Shown here one piece after another: positions 15,960 to 24,264 of a DNA stretch of 39,490 nucleotides. The notes under the pieces are model-generated. The model saw nothing but the letters and a program-made list of their open reading frames with translations. It was not told the origin of the DNA and searched no databases. Source of the stretch: Patescibacteria group bacterium (GTDB lineage: Bacteria; Patescibacteriota; Minisyncoccia; Minisyncoccales; PWPS01); the NCBI GenBank assembly GCA_051745165.1, contig JBNJDU010000004.1, forward strand, positions 1 to 39,490. Reading direction: 5' to 3'. How positions within the stretch are numbered: the first letter of the stretch is position 1; every line of letters starts with the position of its first letter. The translations under genes and the position numbers were made by a program.

Positions 15960-16892
15960 ATGAAAAAACAATTACCAAAAATTAAAGTGGTTGGTATAGG
16001 AGGATCAGGAGGGAATGCCATCACAAGAATGATGAGTTGCGATATTAAGGGAATCGAACTCATTGCTATGAACGCCGACTTCCAAGACTTGGAAGAAACT
16101 AAAGCGGATAAAAAGATTAGAATCGGTAAAGAACTAACCGAAGGATTAGGAACGGGAATGAATCCGGAAATAGGAAAAAAGGCAGCAGAAGAAAATAGGG
16201 AAGAAATAAAAGAAGCTCTTGAAGGGTCAGAAATGATCTTCCTAACTTGCGGACTCGGAGGCGGAACAGGAACCGGAGCACTTCCGGTAATCTCTGAAAT
16301 TGCCAAAGAAACGGGAGCACTAACCATTGCCGTGGTTACTATGCCTTTTTCATTTGAAGGTAAAGAAAGACAAAAAGTAGCCGAAGAAGGTTTAGAGGCA
16401 GTAAAAGGAAAGGTGGATACGCTTATTCCTATTGCTAATGATAAGTTGTTAACCAGCATGGATTCCAATGTTACTTTATCTGATGCTTTCTGGCACTGTG
16501 ATGAAATTTTACGTCAAGCAGTGCAAGGAATTTCCGATCTTATTGTTTTGCCGGGAATTATCAGTATTGACTTTGCCGATGTAAAAGCAATTATGAAAAA
16601 TTCCGGATCTGCACTTTTCGGAAAAGGAATTGCTAAAGGTAAACGCCGTGGTGAAGAAGCAGCCAACAAAGCACTTGATTTACCGTTAGTAGATCTTTCT
16701 TGTGAAAATGCACAAGGAGTTTTATTTAATGTTGGAGGAGGAGACGATCTTTCTTTAGCGGAGGTAAACGATATTGCAAAAGTTATAAAAGAAAGAGTTT
16801 CTCCCGACGCCCAAGTGATCTTCGGAGCAGTAGAAGATGACAGTCTAGAAGAGGGAGAAATTAAGGTTACAGTCATTGCGACAGGCTTCTAA
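15960..16892 (+). CDS. ftsZ: Cell division protein FtsZ (core only, 310 aa)
   Basis: GIGGSGGNA and the tubulin signature GGGTGTGA. The ORF ends right after the globular core (..VTVIATGF*). Confidence 0.95.
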   Translation: MKKQLPKIKVVGIGGSGGNAITRMMSCDIKGIELIAMNADFQDLEETKADKKIRIGKELTEGLGTGMNPEIGKKAAEENREEIKEALEGSEMIFLTCGLGGGTGTGALPVISEIAKETGALTIAVVTMPFSFEGKERQKVAEEGLEAVKGKVDTLIPIANDKLLTSMDSNVTLSDAFWHCDEILRQAVQGISDLIVLPGIISIDFADVKAIMKNSGSALFGKGIAKGKRRGEEAANKALDLPLVDLSCENAQGVLFNVGGGDDLSLAEVNDIAKVIKERVSPDAQVIFGAVEDDSLEEGEIKVTVIATGF

Positions 16893-16896
16893 ATCG

Positions 16897-16925
16897 TTGA
16901 CATCGGAGCCAAAAAATAATAGACT
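16897..16925 (+). promoter_or_regulatory. Sigma70-like promoter (TTGACA-17-TAGACT) upstream of nrdD
   Basis: TTGACA at 16897-16902 and TAGACT at 16920-16925. Confidence 0.45.
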
Positions 16926-16969
16926 ATTAATAGTAATAGTTATTAATAACTAAGTTAAAACAAGTTAAA

Positions 16970-16989
16970 AACAACCCTTCGGGGTTGTT
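16970..16989 (+). other. 8-bp hairpin with a C(UUCG)G tetraloop in the nrdD leader
   Basis: AACAACCC-TTCG-GGGTTGTT followed by AAAATTTT. The U tract is weak, so it is not a clear terminator. Confidence 0.5.
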
Positions 16990-17022
16990 AAAATTTTCAA
17001 AATTTAATTCTTCAGTTAAGAC

Positions 17023-19035
17023 ATGATCTCTAAAGTTGAAAAAAGAAATGGAGAAAAGGTAGACTTCGATAAATCAAAAATCGAAACCGCAGTTTACAAA
17101 GCTTTGACGTCTTCCGAGGAAGGAGGGGAGGCGGAAGCGAAAGAGGTATCTGACCGAGTCTTCGACTTACTTTTAAGAAGATTCAGTAGAGACGAAGTTC
17201 CTCAGGTGGAGCAAATCCAAGATATCGTTGAAGAAGTTCTCATCATGGAAGAGTTTCATGATGCAGCTAAAAATTACATACTGTACAGAGAAAAGCGGCG
17301 TGAAATTAGAGAAATGAAGGGTGAGCTGGATGAATCCTCTAATTTAGTGGAAGATTATATTGATGAAATGGACTGGGAGGTTAAAGAAAACGCCAACATG
17401 ACATATTCCCTTCAGGGTCTTAATCAGTATGTTACTTCTCACGTTTCTAAAGAGTATTGGCTTAACAAAATATATCCAGAAAATATAAGAAAAGCGGCTA
17501 AAAACGAAGATATTCATATTCATGATTTAAATCTACTTGCCACTTATTGCTGTGGATGGGATCTGCAAGATTTATTGATGAAAGGTTTCGGAGGTGTTCC
17601 TTCAAAAATTGAATCCGCACCGCCAAAGCACTTAAGACCTGCCTTGGGTCAAATTGTGAATTTCTTCTTTACTCTGCAAGGAGAATCAGCAGGAGCTCAA
17701 GCGATGAGTAATTTTGATACTTTTCTAGCTCCTTTTATTGCTTATGATAATTTAAGCTACAAACAGGTAAAGCAAGCGATGCAAGAATTCTTATTTAATT
17801 GCATGGTGCCGACTAGAGTAGGATTTCAAACTCCGTTTATTAATGTATCTTTAGATATTAAAGTTCCGAAACACTTAGAAGATCAAGCAGTTATAATAGG
17901 AGGTGAACCGCAAGACGCAACTTACGGAGAGTTCCAAAAAGAGATGGACATGTTTAACAGAGCCTTTTATGAAGTTATTATGGAAGGTGATTCTAAAGGA
18001 CGTGTCTTTACTTTCCCAATTCCAACAATTTCAATAACTGATGACTTTGATTGGGATAACGAAACTCTTGATCCGATGTGGGAGGCAACTACTAAGTATG
18101 GAATTAATTACTTTTCCAATTACATGAATTCAGATATGGATCCGGAGGATTTCCGTTCAATGTGCTGCAGGTTAAGACTAGATAATAAAGAACTTATTAA
18201 AAGAGGAGGAGGGCTTTTTGGAAGTCAGCCTTTAACTGGATCAATCGGTGTAGTTACTGTTAATATGCCTCGAATCGGTTACCTCTCCAAAACCAGAGAA
18301 GAGTTTTACAACCGCTTAGAAAAGATGATGGATTTGGCTAAAGATTCACTAGAAATCAAAAGGAAGGTAATTAATGACTTTATGGAAAAGGGTCTTTATC
18401 CTTATAGCAAACATTACTTGCAGGGAGTAAAGCAGATGAGAGGAACTTATTATGGAAACCACTTCTCAACTATTGGCCTTATCGGAATGAATGAGGCTTG
18501 TCTTAACTTTTTAGATAAAGGAATTGGATCTAAAGAAGGAAAGGAATTTGCCGAAGATGTCTTAGACTTTATGAATGATAAACTTCTTGAGTATCAAGAA
18601 GAAACTGATAATTTATATAATTTAGAAGCAACTCCAGGTGAGGGCACTGCCTACAAACAGGCAAAAAGAGATAAAGAAAAGTTCCCGGATATAATTACTG
18701 CCGGTACTGAGGAAGTCCCTTATTACACTAATTCAGTTCATCTCCCAGTTAACTACAGTGATGACCCAATAGAGATTATTGATCACCAAGATAGTCTTCA
18801 AACAAAGTTCACTGGTGGTACAGTAATTCACTTATTCCTAGGTGAAAAGATTTCCAGCCCTGATGCTGCTAAAAAACTAATTAAAAATGTATTCCAGAAT
18901 TATGAACTGCCTTATGTTTCTTTAACTCCTAGCTTTTCAATCTGCCCTAATTGTGGATACATTCACGGAGAAAAATATACTTGTCCAAATTGTAAAATCA
19001 AAAAACCAAAAAAGGTCATAAAAAACTTAAACTAA
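17023..19035 (+). CDS. nrdD: Anaerobic ribonucleoside-triphosphate reductase (class III) large body, lacking the glycyl-radical segment
   Basis: N-terminal ATP-cone (KRNGEKVDFDKSKIETAVYKAL), catalytic Cys region (FRSMCCRLRLD), and a C-terminal zinc ribbon (CPNCGY...CPNC). It stops before any RxxGY motif. Confidence 0.92.
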   Translation: MISKVEKRNGEKVDFDKSKIETAVYKALTSSEEGGEAEAKEVSDRVFDLLLRRFSRDEVPQVEQIQDIVEEVLIMEEFHDAAKNYILYREKRREIREMKGELDESSNLVEDYIDEMDWEVKENANMTYSLQGLNQYVTSHVSKEYWLNKIYPENIRKAAKNEDIHIHDLNLLATYCCGWDLQDLLMKGFGGVPSKIESAPPKHLRPALGQIVNFFFTLQGESAGAQAMSNFDTFLAPFIAYDNLSYKQVKQAMQEFLFNCMVPTRVGFQTPFINVSLDIKVPKHLEDQAVIIGGEPQDATYGEFQKEMDMFNRAFYEVIMEGDSKGRVFTFPIPTISITDDFDWDNETLDPMWEATTKYGINYFSNYMNSDMDPEDFRSMCCRLRLDNKELIKRGGGLFGSQPLTGSIGVVTVNMPRIGYLSKTREEFYNRLEKMMDLAKDSLEIKRKVINDFMEKGLYPYSKHYLQGVKQMRGTYYGNHFSTIGLIGMNEACLNFLDKGIGSKEGKEFAEDVLDFMNDKLLEYQEETDNLYNLEATPGEGTAYKQAKRDKEKFPDIITAGTEEVPYYTNSVHLPVNYSDDPIEIIDHQDSLQTKFTGGTVIHLFLGEKISSPDAAKKLIKNVFQNYELPYVSLTPSFSICPNCGYIHGEKYTCPNCKIKKPKKVIKNLN

Positions 19036-19040
19036 TTCTT

Positions 19041-19352
19041 ATGGGTAACACTAAAAAGAAGATATTTAAAAAAGAAAAGGAGGCGCTAAAATACTCCACA
19101 TGTTACGATTGTGGAAAAGAACTCGACATTGAAGAAGGGGAAATCAAAAACGGGGCGCTTCTAATCTACGAAGATGGAGAAGAAAAAGCTTCTATCTTAA
19201 AGTGCGATGAGTGTTATGAAAAAGATCCAGCTCTCAAAAACTATAAAAAATGTGAAGTTTACTCTCGAATAGTAGGTTATCTGCGCCCGGTCCAAGACTG
19301 GAATAAAGGTAAAAGTCAAGAGTTTAAAGAAAGAAAGACTTTTGTCCGATGA
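19041..19352 (+). CDS. Separate 103-aa ORF carrying an extra Cys4 ribbon and the NrdD glycyl-radical motif
   Basis: The C-terminus EVYSRIVGYLRPVQDWNKGKSQEFKERKTF matches the conserved NrdD glycyl-radical tail. Upstream are CYDCG...CDEC. It starts 5 nt after the nrdD stop, in the -1 frame. Confidence 0.8.
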   Translation: MGNTKKKIFKKEKEALKYSTCYDCGKELDIEEGEIKNGALLIYEDGEEKASILKCDECYEKDPALKNYKKCEVYSRIVGYLRPVQDWNKGKSQEFKERKTFVR

Positions 19353-20041
19353 AAATCGGGGGACTGCAGAAGTTAACTTTAATAGATTACCCAGGGAAAC
19401 CAGCGTGTACTATCTTTTTAGCTGGTTGCAACCTTAATTGTCCTTGGTGTCATAGCCCGGATTTAGTAGTGGAAGAAAAAATAAAAAAAGCTCCGGAAAT
19501 TAAAAAACAGGAGTTCTTTGACTTTTTAAAGAAAAGAGAAAATGTTTTGGAGGGGGTTGTAATTTGCGGAGGAGAACCGACTGTTAATTCAGACTTACCT
19601 GAACTTATAGAAGAAATTGTTGATCGGGGTTATGCTGTAAAATTAGATACAAATGGAACTAATCCGCAAATGATAGAAAGGTTAGTTAAGGAAGGGTTAG
19701 TTGATTATATCGCAATGGATATAAAGGCTCCTTTTGAAAGGTATAAAGAGGCTACGGGAGTAAGTGTTGATCCTAAACTGTTAAGGAAGAGCATTTCTAT
19801 AATTCAAAGATTGGATGATTATGAATTTAGAACTACTTTTATTCCCGGATTATTAACTAAAGAGGATTTACCTCTAATGCTTAAGGAAATTGAGGGGGCT
19901 GAAAATTATTTCTTACAAAATTTTAGAGGAAAAAGAACTGTTAATGACGACTATCAAGGAAAAGATAGCTTTACTAAAGAGGAGATGAAAGAGCTTAGAA
20001 AAATAGCTGAAGAATACGTAAAAAATTGTGAAATAAGATGA
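19349..20041 (+). CDS. nrdG: Anaerobic RNR activating protein (radical SAM)
   Basis: CNLNCPWC (CX3CX2C) cluster motif and GGEPT. ATGA overlaps at both ends. Confidence 0.9.
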   Translation: MKIGGLQKLTLIDYPGKPACTIFLAGCNLNCPWCHSPDLVVEEKIKKAPEIKKQEFFDFLKKRENVLEGVVICGGEPTVNSDLPELIEEIVDRGYAVKLDTNGTNPQMIERLVKEGLVDYIAMDIKAPFERYKEATGVSVDPKLLRKSISIIQRLDDYEFRTTFIPGLLTKEDLPLMLKEIEGAENYFLQNFRGKRTVNDDYQGKDSFTKEEMKELRKIAEEYVKNCEIR

Positions 20042-20535
20042 ATATACCAGTCATACTATCAACAGCTAGAAAGGGAAGGCAATCTGAGAAGGTTGCCGCT
20101 TTTGTTTATGAAAAGACTAGCTTTGATAGTGAGATTATTGATGTAAGGGACTGGATGAAACCGGCTACCAAGAGATATCCTGAAAATCAAAAAAAGTTGC
20201 AAGAAAAGTTCCAAAAGGCGGATGGTTTTATAATTGTTTCCCCTGAATATAACAGTGGTTACCCGGGAGAATTAAAAATACTTTTAGATACTTACCTAGA
20301 TGAGTATAAAGATAAACCAGTCGGGATTATTGGTGTTTCTGCTGGTAGCTTCGGTGGAATACGGATGATTGAGAAGTTAAGGCCAGTTTTGGTTAACTTG
20401 GGAATGGTTCCAATTAGAAAAACGGTTACTTTCAAAAACGTAAATGATGTTTTTGATGATGAAGGTAATTTACGAGATGATAGTTATAATAAACGGGTAG
20501 AAGATTTTATAAAAGCATTGAAAAGGAGAGTGTAA
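20038..20535 (+). CDS. NAD(P)H-dependent FMN reductase / flavodoxin-like fold protein
   Basis: 165 aa with ADGFIIVSPEYNSGYPGELKILLD, typical of the FMN_red family. Translationally coupled to nrdG. Confidence 0.8.
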   Translation: MNIPVILSTARKGRQSEKVAAFVYEKTSFDSEIIDVRDWMKPATKRYPENQKKLQEKFQKADGFIIVSPEYNSGYPGELKILLDTYLDEYKDKPVGIIGVSAGSFGGIRMIEKLRPVLVNLGMVPIRKTVTFKNVNDVFDDEGNLRDDSYNKRVEDFIKALKRRV

Positions 20536-20561
20536 TATTTAATAAATGTTTGGCCTCATAT

Positions 20562-21263
20562 ATGAAGAAGTTATTAAAAGAAAATAATGAATTGATAAAT
20601 CATAATTATTTTCGCTTTCTCCTGCAAATAATAACTGTTCAAGAGGAAATAAGAAAGTTAGGACGACTTGAAACTAATTTATATAGATGGAAGAAAGTTT
20701 TAAAAAAAATGGATTTGGTTGTTTTTGAAAAAGACAACTTTCTCTATTTTGCTAAAGAAAAAGAAATAATTAAAAAAGTAAAAAGCATATTAAATGGAAA
20801 GCAATTTCTAAAGCAAAATAAAGAATTAGGTTATCTTTTTGGTTATCCTAATTGCTGCATAAACCATTTTATTAAAAATATTGATTTAATGATTGAAGAG
20901 AAAAATTTTACATTGAAGAGAAAGACAATAAGTAAGCACTCCCAAAATAACTTTCCTTGGCAGATGAATAATTTTACTAAATTTTCACTTACACTTCATC
21001 ATAATTGTTCTTATAATTGCCAAAAATCACTAGATTTAGCAAAAAAATATAGCCACTTAATGAAGAGCTTTAATCAAGAAATTTTTGAAAAAGCCAAAAG
21101 TGAAAGCATTGGTGTTGTAATAATTAGTAAAGAAAATAAAAGACACGGGTTTCTTAAAAAAGCTAAATTAAATAACCATAAAGTAGTAGTTGAAAACGAT
21201 AACAGCAAAAAAGAACTCTTAAATCTTATAGATGCTGACTTAAAAGCATATCAATTTAACTAG
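20562..21263 (+). CDS. Hypothetical Cys-motif protein
   Basis: The ORF is visibly more A/T-rich than its neighbours and contains GYLFGYPNCCINHF ... HHNCSYNCQ. I start it at the in-frame ATG at 20562 rather than the TTG at 20550. No family assigned. Confidence 0.5.
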   Translation: MKKLLKENNELINHNYFRFLLQIITVQEEIRKLGRLETNLYRWKKVLKKMDLVVFEKDNFLYFAKEKEIIKKVKSILNGKQFLKQNKELGYLFGYPNCCINHFIKNIDLMIEEKNFTLKRKTISKHSQNNFPWQMNNFTKFSLTLHHNCSYNCQKSLDLAKKYSHLMKSFNQEIFEKAKSESIGVVIISKENKRHGFLKKAKLNNHKVVVENDNSKKELLNLIDADLKAYQFN

Positions 21264-21306
21264 TAAAAAGTAATTAAATTTTAAAGCAAAGGCAAAGCTG
21301 GCAATT

Positions 21307-22653
21307 ATGGGTAATTTACCTTTGTCAAAAATTGTTTTTTATTTAACACTTTCTTTTTTATTAGGCGTAGTTGTTTCCCCTTTTTTTGAAGGATTTTTCT
21401 TCTTCCTTCTTCTTTTACTACCTATCTTTATCAAAGATAAAAAACTAGCTTTTTTAATTGGTTTAGTTTTTACCTCTGGTATTTTTTATTACCAACTTCA
21501 GACTCAAGATCAATATATAATACCTCTGTTCGAAGAAGAGGAGGTTGAAATAGAAGGGAGAGTTGTGGAAGAAGATAGAAATGTTATCCAGGTTACTGAC
21601 TTTAAAAGTGCAAAAGTAGATGAAAAGGTAATAATCTATGATTCTGGAAGTTTAAAGCATGGTCAAATAGTTAAAATAATTGGTGAACCTGTTACTCCAG
21701 GTGAAAAATTTGAAAATTATTTGGATAAAGACCAGATAAGTGTTAGCTTTTTTCGACCCCAGGTTGAAATTTTAGGTAGAAAGAAGAATTTCTATTCTTA
21801 TATTTATGATTTCAGAAGAACCTTACAAGAGAAGCTATCAGCTGTTCAATATCCTGCCTCTTCAGTCCTAAAAGCAATACTTTTAGGTGATAAATCAAAC
21901 GTTCCCGATATACTCCAAGAAAAATTTTCTCAAATTGGAGTAGCTCATTTACTTGCTGTTTCTGGTACCCATATAGTAATAATTTCGGGAATTATTGTTA
22001 GCTTTTTATCTTTTTTATCTATTAAGTGGAAACTCTTTTTTGCCCTCCTGCTTCTTTTTAGTTTCGTGCTGCTTGTCGGAGCACCGCCTTCAGCAATAAG
22101 GGCTGGTTTTATGGGTGCGTTTCTGATTATAGGGAAAAAGTTAGGTAGAAAGGGTGATTCTTTACGTGGCTTGGTTTTTATAGCTCTTTTTATGACTCTT
22201 TTAAATCCAAAGCTTATTTTGAAAAGCGTTAGTTTTCAGCTTTCCTTTTTAGCTGCTTTGGGAATTATTCTTTTTTCTAATAAGTTATACCGGTTTTTAA
22301 CTGAAAGAGTAGTGGACTATAAAGATACTTTAATAGTAACTATTAGACAAGCTTTTGCGACTATATTTAACAAATTACCAAGTTTTGTAGTTGAAACTAT
22401 ATCTATTACTCTCTCGGCTCAAGTTTTTACCTTACCGTTAGTTTATTATTACTTTGGAAGCTTGCCTTTATTAGCTCCGATTTCAAATCTTGTTTTATCT
22501 CCTCTGCTTCCCATTTTGATGATATCAGGAATTATTTCTCTATGTTTTTCTTTTTTAATTCCTCCGGTTTTTGCTTTTTCTTTAACTTATGGTTTAGTTA
22601 AAATAGTCCTGGTTTTTGTAAATTTATTTTATGAGTTCTGGCTTTTATGGTAG
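21307..22653 (+). CDS. comEC: ComEC/Rec2-family DNA internalisation channel (competence domain only)
   Basis: Polytopic membrane protein with an N-terminal OB-like insert and the GVAHLLAVSGTHI motif. At 448 aa it has no room for a C-terminal metallo-beta-lactamase domain. Confidence 0.85.
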   Translation: MGNLPLSKIVFYLTLSFLLGVVVSPFFEGFFFFLLLLLPIFIKDKKLAFLIGLVFTSGIFYYQLQTQDQYIIPLFEEEEVEIEGRVVEEDRNVIQVTDFKSAKVDEKVIIYDSGSLKHGQIVKIIGEPVTPGEKFENYLDKDQISVSFFRPQVEILGRKKNFYSYIYDFRRTLQEKLSAVQYPASSVLKAILLGDKSNVPDILQEKFSQIGVAHLLAVSGTHIVIISGIIVSFLSFLSIKWKLFFALLLLFSFVLLVGAPPSAIRAGFMGAFLIIGKKLGRKGDSLRGLVFIALFMTLLNPKLILKSVSFQLSFLAALGIILFSNKLYRFLTERVVDYKDTLIVTIRQAFATIFNKLPSFVVETISITLSAQVFTLPLVYYYFGSLPLLAPISNLVLSPLLPILMISGIISLCFSFLIPPVFAFSLTYGLVKIVLVFVNLFYEFWLLW

Positions 22654-22665
22654 AATTAAGTTGAA

Positions 22666-23040
22666 ATGAAACAAATATTCAGTTTTAAAAAATTAATTCA
22701 CAGTTTTAAAAACGGTTCTCGAGGAATAAAAGAAGGGTTTGTAGAGAATAATTTTAGATTAATGACTTTCCTCGGAGTTTTAGCCGTTTTGGGAATTGCC
22801 TATCTTCCTCTTGAAAGATGGGAAATGGTTATTATTATAATGCTTATAGGGATAGTTGTATCTATAGAACTTATAAATTCTCAATTTGAAAGAGTTTTAG
22901 ATATTGTAAAACCAACCTATGATGATCGAGTTAAAAATATTAAAGATATTGCCGCGGGGGCCGTTTTAGTTATATCCGCCACCGCTTTAATAGTTGGGTT
23001 AATAATTTTTCTTCCTTACATTATTGAATTATTAAACTAA
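22666..23040 (+). CDS. dgkA: Diacylglycerol/undecaprenol kinase family protein
   Basis: 124 aa with three TM helices, ELINSQFERVLD and KDIAAGAVL motifs typical of the DgkA family. Confidence 0.8.
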   Translation: MKQIFSFKKLIHSFKNGSRGIKEGFVENNFRLMTFLGVLAVLGIAYLPLERWEMVIIIMLIGIVVSIELINSQFERVLDIVKPTYDDRVKNIKDIAAGAVLVISATALIVGLIIFLPYIIELLN

Positions 23041-23052
23041 CTTTAAATTGCT

Positions 23053-24159
23053 ATGACAAAAGAGACTTACATTAATAGAAAAACAACAATAGTACTTTTT
23101 GTACTAGCTATTTTTGTTGGTCTTTCTATCGGAATTATTCTAGATTTAGATTTGGAAGATAGAGAGTTGATAGAAAATGAAGAGAACAATGTAGAGAATC
23201 AAGAGGAAGTTGATAATTATGAGCCGGAAATAACTCATGAGCAGGAAGTTATTAATACTGTAGAAGAGGCGATAAAATCAGTGGTTTCCATTGAGCTGAA
23301 GGAGAGTGTTAGTGGTTCAGGATTTTTGGTTTCTTCTGAAGGGTATATAATAACTAATCGACACGTAGCTGAAGCGGAAGGAGATTATAAAGTAATTACT
23401 AATGAAGGTGAAGAATATGATGCAGAGGTGGTTTCTAGAGACTCAGTTCGAGATTTAGCCTTTTTAAAAATTGAAGGAGATGATTTTGAAGCTTTAAAAT
23501 TAGGAGATTCGGATGGATTAAGACTTGGTCAAACAGCAATTGCCATCGGTTATAGCTTAGGTGAACTTAAAAATTCAGTGTCAGTAGGAGTAGTTTCTGG
23601 TTTAGTTAGAGATATATGGGCTAGAGAAGGATGGTCTTTGGAAAAACTGGAAGGAGTAATTCAAACCGATGCGGCAATTAACTTGGGAAATTCGGGAGGC
23701 CCACTATTAAACTTAAAAGGAGAAGTGATTGGAATTAATACTGCCAAAGATGTTGATGCTGATAATGTAGGATTTGCTATTCCAATTAATCAAGCTAAAA
23801 AGGCGATTGAATCTGTTTTAGAACATGGCGAAATAATAAAACCGTATCTTGGAGTTCGTTACGTAATGATTGATGAGTACGAGATGGAAATGAGAGGACT
23901 TCCGATTGATTACGGGGCTTTAATTGTTCGTGGCGGTCCAGATGAAGCGGCTATTGATCCTGAATCTCCAGCAAACGTAGCTGGACTTAGAGAAGGAGAT
24001 ATAATTACCGCTTTAAATGGAGAAGAGATTAATTCTGAAAACCCTCTTTATGAAGCTATTTTAGAATACAAACCGGGTGAAACCGTAGAAGTTGAATACA
24101 TGAGAGGAGAAAGAAAAGAGAAAACAGAGATAGAGTTAGCAGAGAGACCCTCCGATTGA
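23053..24159 (+). CDS. htrA: HtrA/DegP-family serine protease with a PDZ domain
   Basis: N-terminal TM anchor, trypsin-like triad context (ITNRHV, RDLAFLKI, GNSGGPLLN), and a C-terminal PDZ (GLREGDIITALNGEEI). Confidence 0.9.
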   Translation: MTKETYINRKTTIVLFVLAIFVGLSIGIILDLDLEDRELIENEENNVENQEEVDNYEPEITHEQEVINTVEEAIKSVVSIELKESVSGSGFLVSSEGYIITNRHVAEAEGDYKVITNEGEEYDAEVVSRDSVRDLAFLKIEGDDFEALKLGDSDGLRLGQTAIAIGYSLGELKNSVSVGVVSGLVRDIWAREGWSLEKLEGVIQTDAAINLGNSGGPLLNLKGEVIGINTAKDVDADNVGFAIPINQAKKAIESVLEHGEIIKPYLGVRYVMIDEYEMEMRGLPIDYGALIVRGGPDEAAIDPESPANVAGLREGDIITALNGEEINSENPLYEAILEYKPGETVEVEYMRGERKEKTEIELAERPSD

Positions 24160-24264
24160 TAATTTCTGATTAATATGATATTATAAGCCACAGAAATTAA
24201 AGAATTATAGTACAAGAAATTAACAGTTGGTTGATGTAAAGATAAGCATTAACCTTTTAAAAAC

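Noticed and set aside
11140-16876. Antisense or overlapping track ORFs 11140..11358, 12436..12654, 13059..13283, 13644..13832, 14719..14910, 15517..15720, 15902..16468, 16117..16320 and 16514..16876
   Set aside because: Each is nested in, or antisense to, a confidently identified conserved gene (the GGDEF gene, hisS, the HIT gene, ftsA, ftsZ). Their products are low-complexity and Ser/Pro-rich.
24161-24198. A heat-shock operator (CIRCE or CtsR box) upstream of clpB
   Set aside because: An 8-bp inverted repeat (AATTTCTG ... CAGAAATT) with a 22-nt loop is present. It does not match CIRCE (TTAGCACTC-N9-GAGTGCTAA) or the CtsR direct repeat as I recall them, so I made no call.
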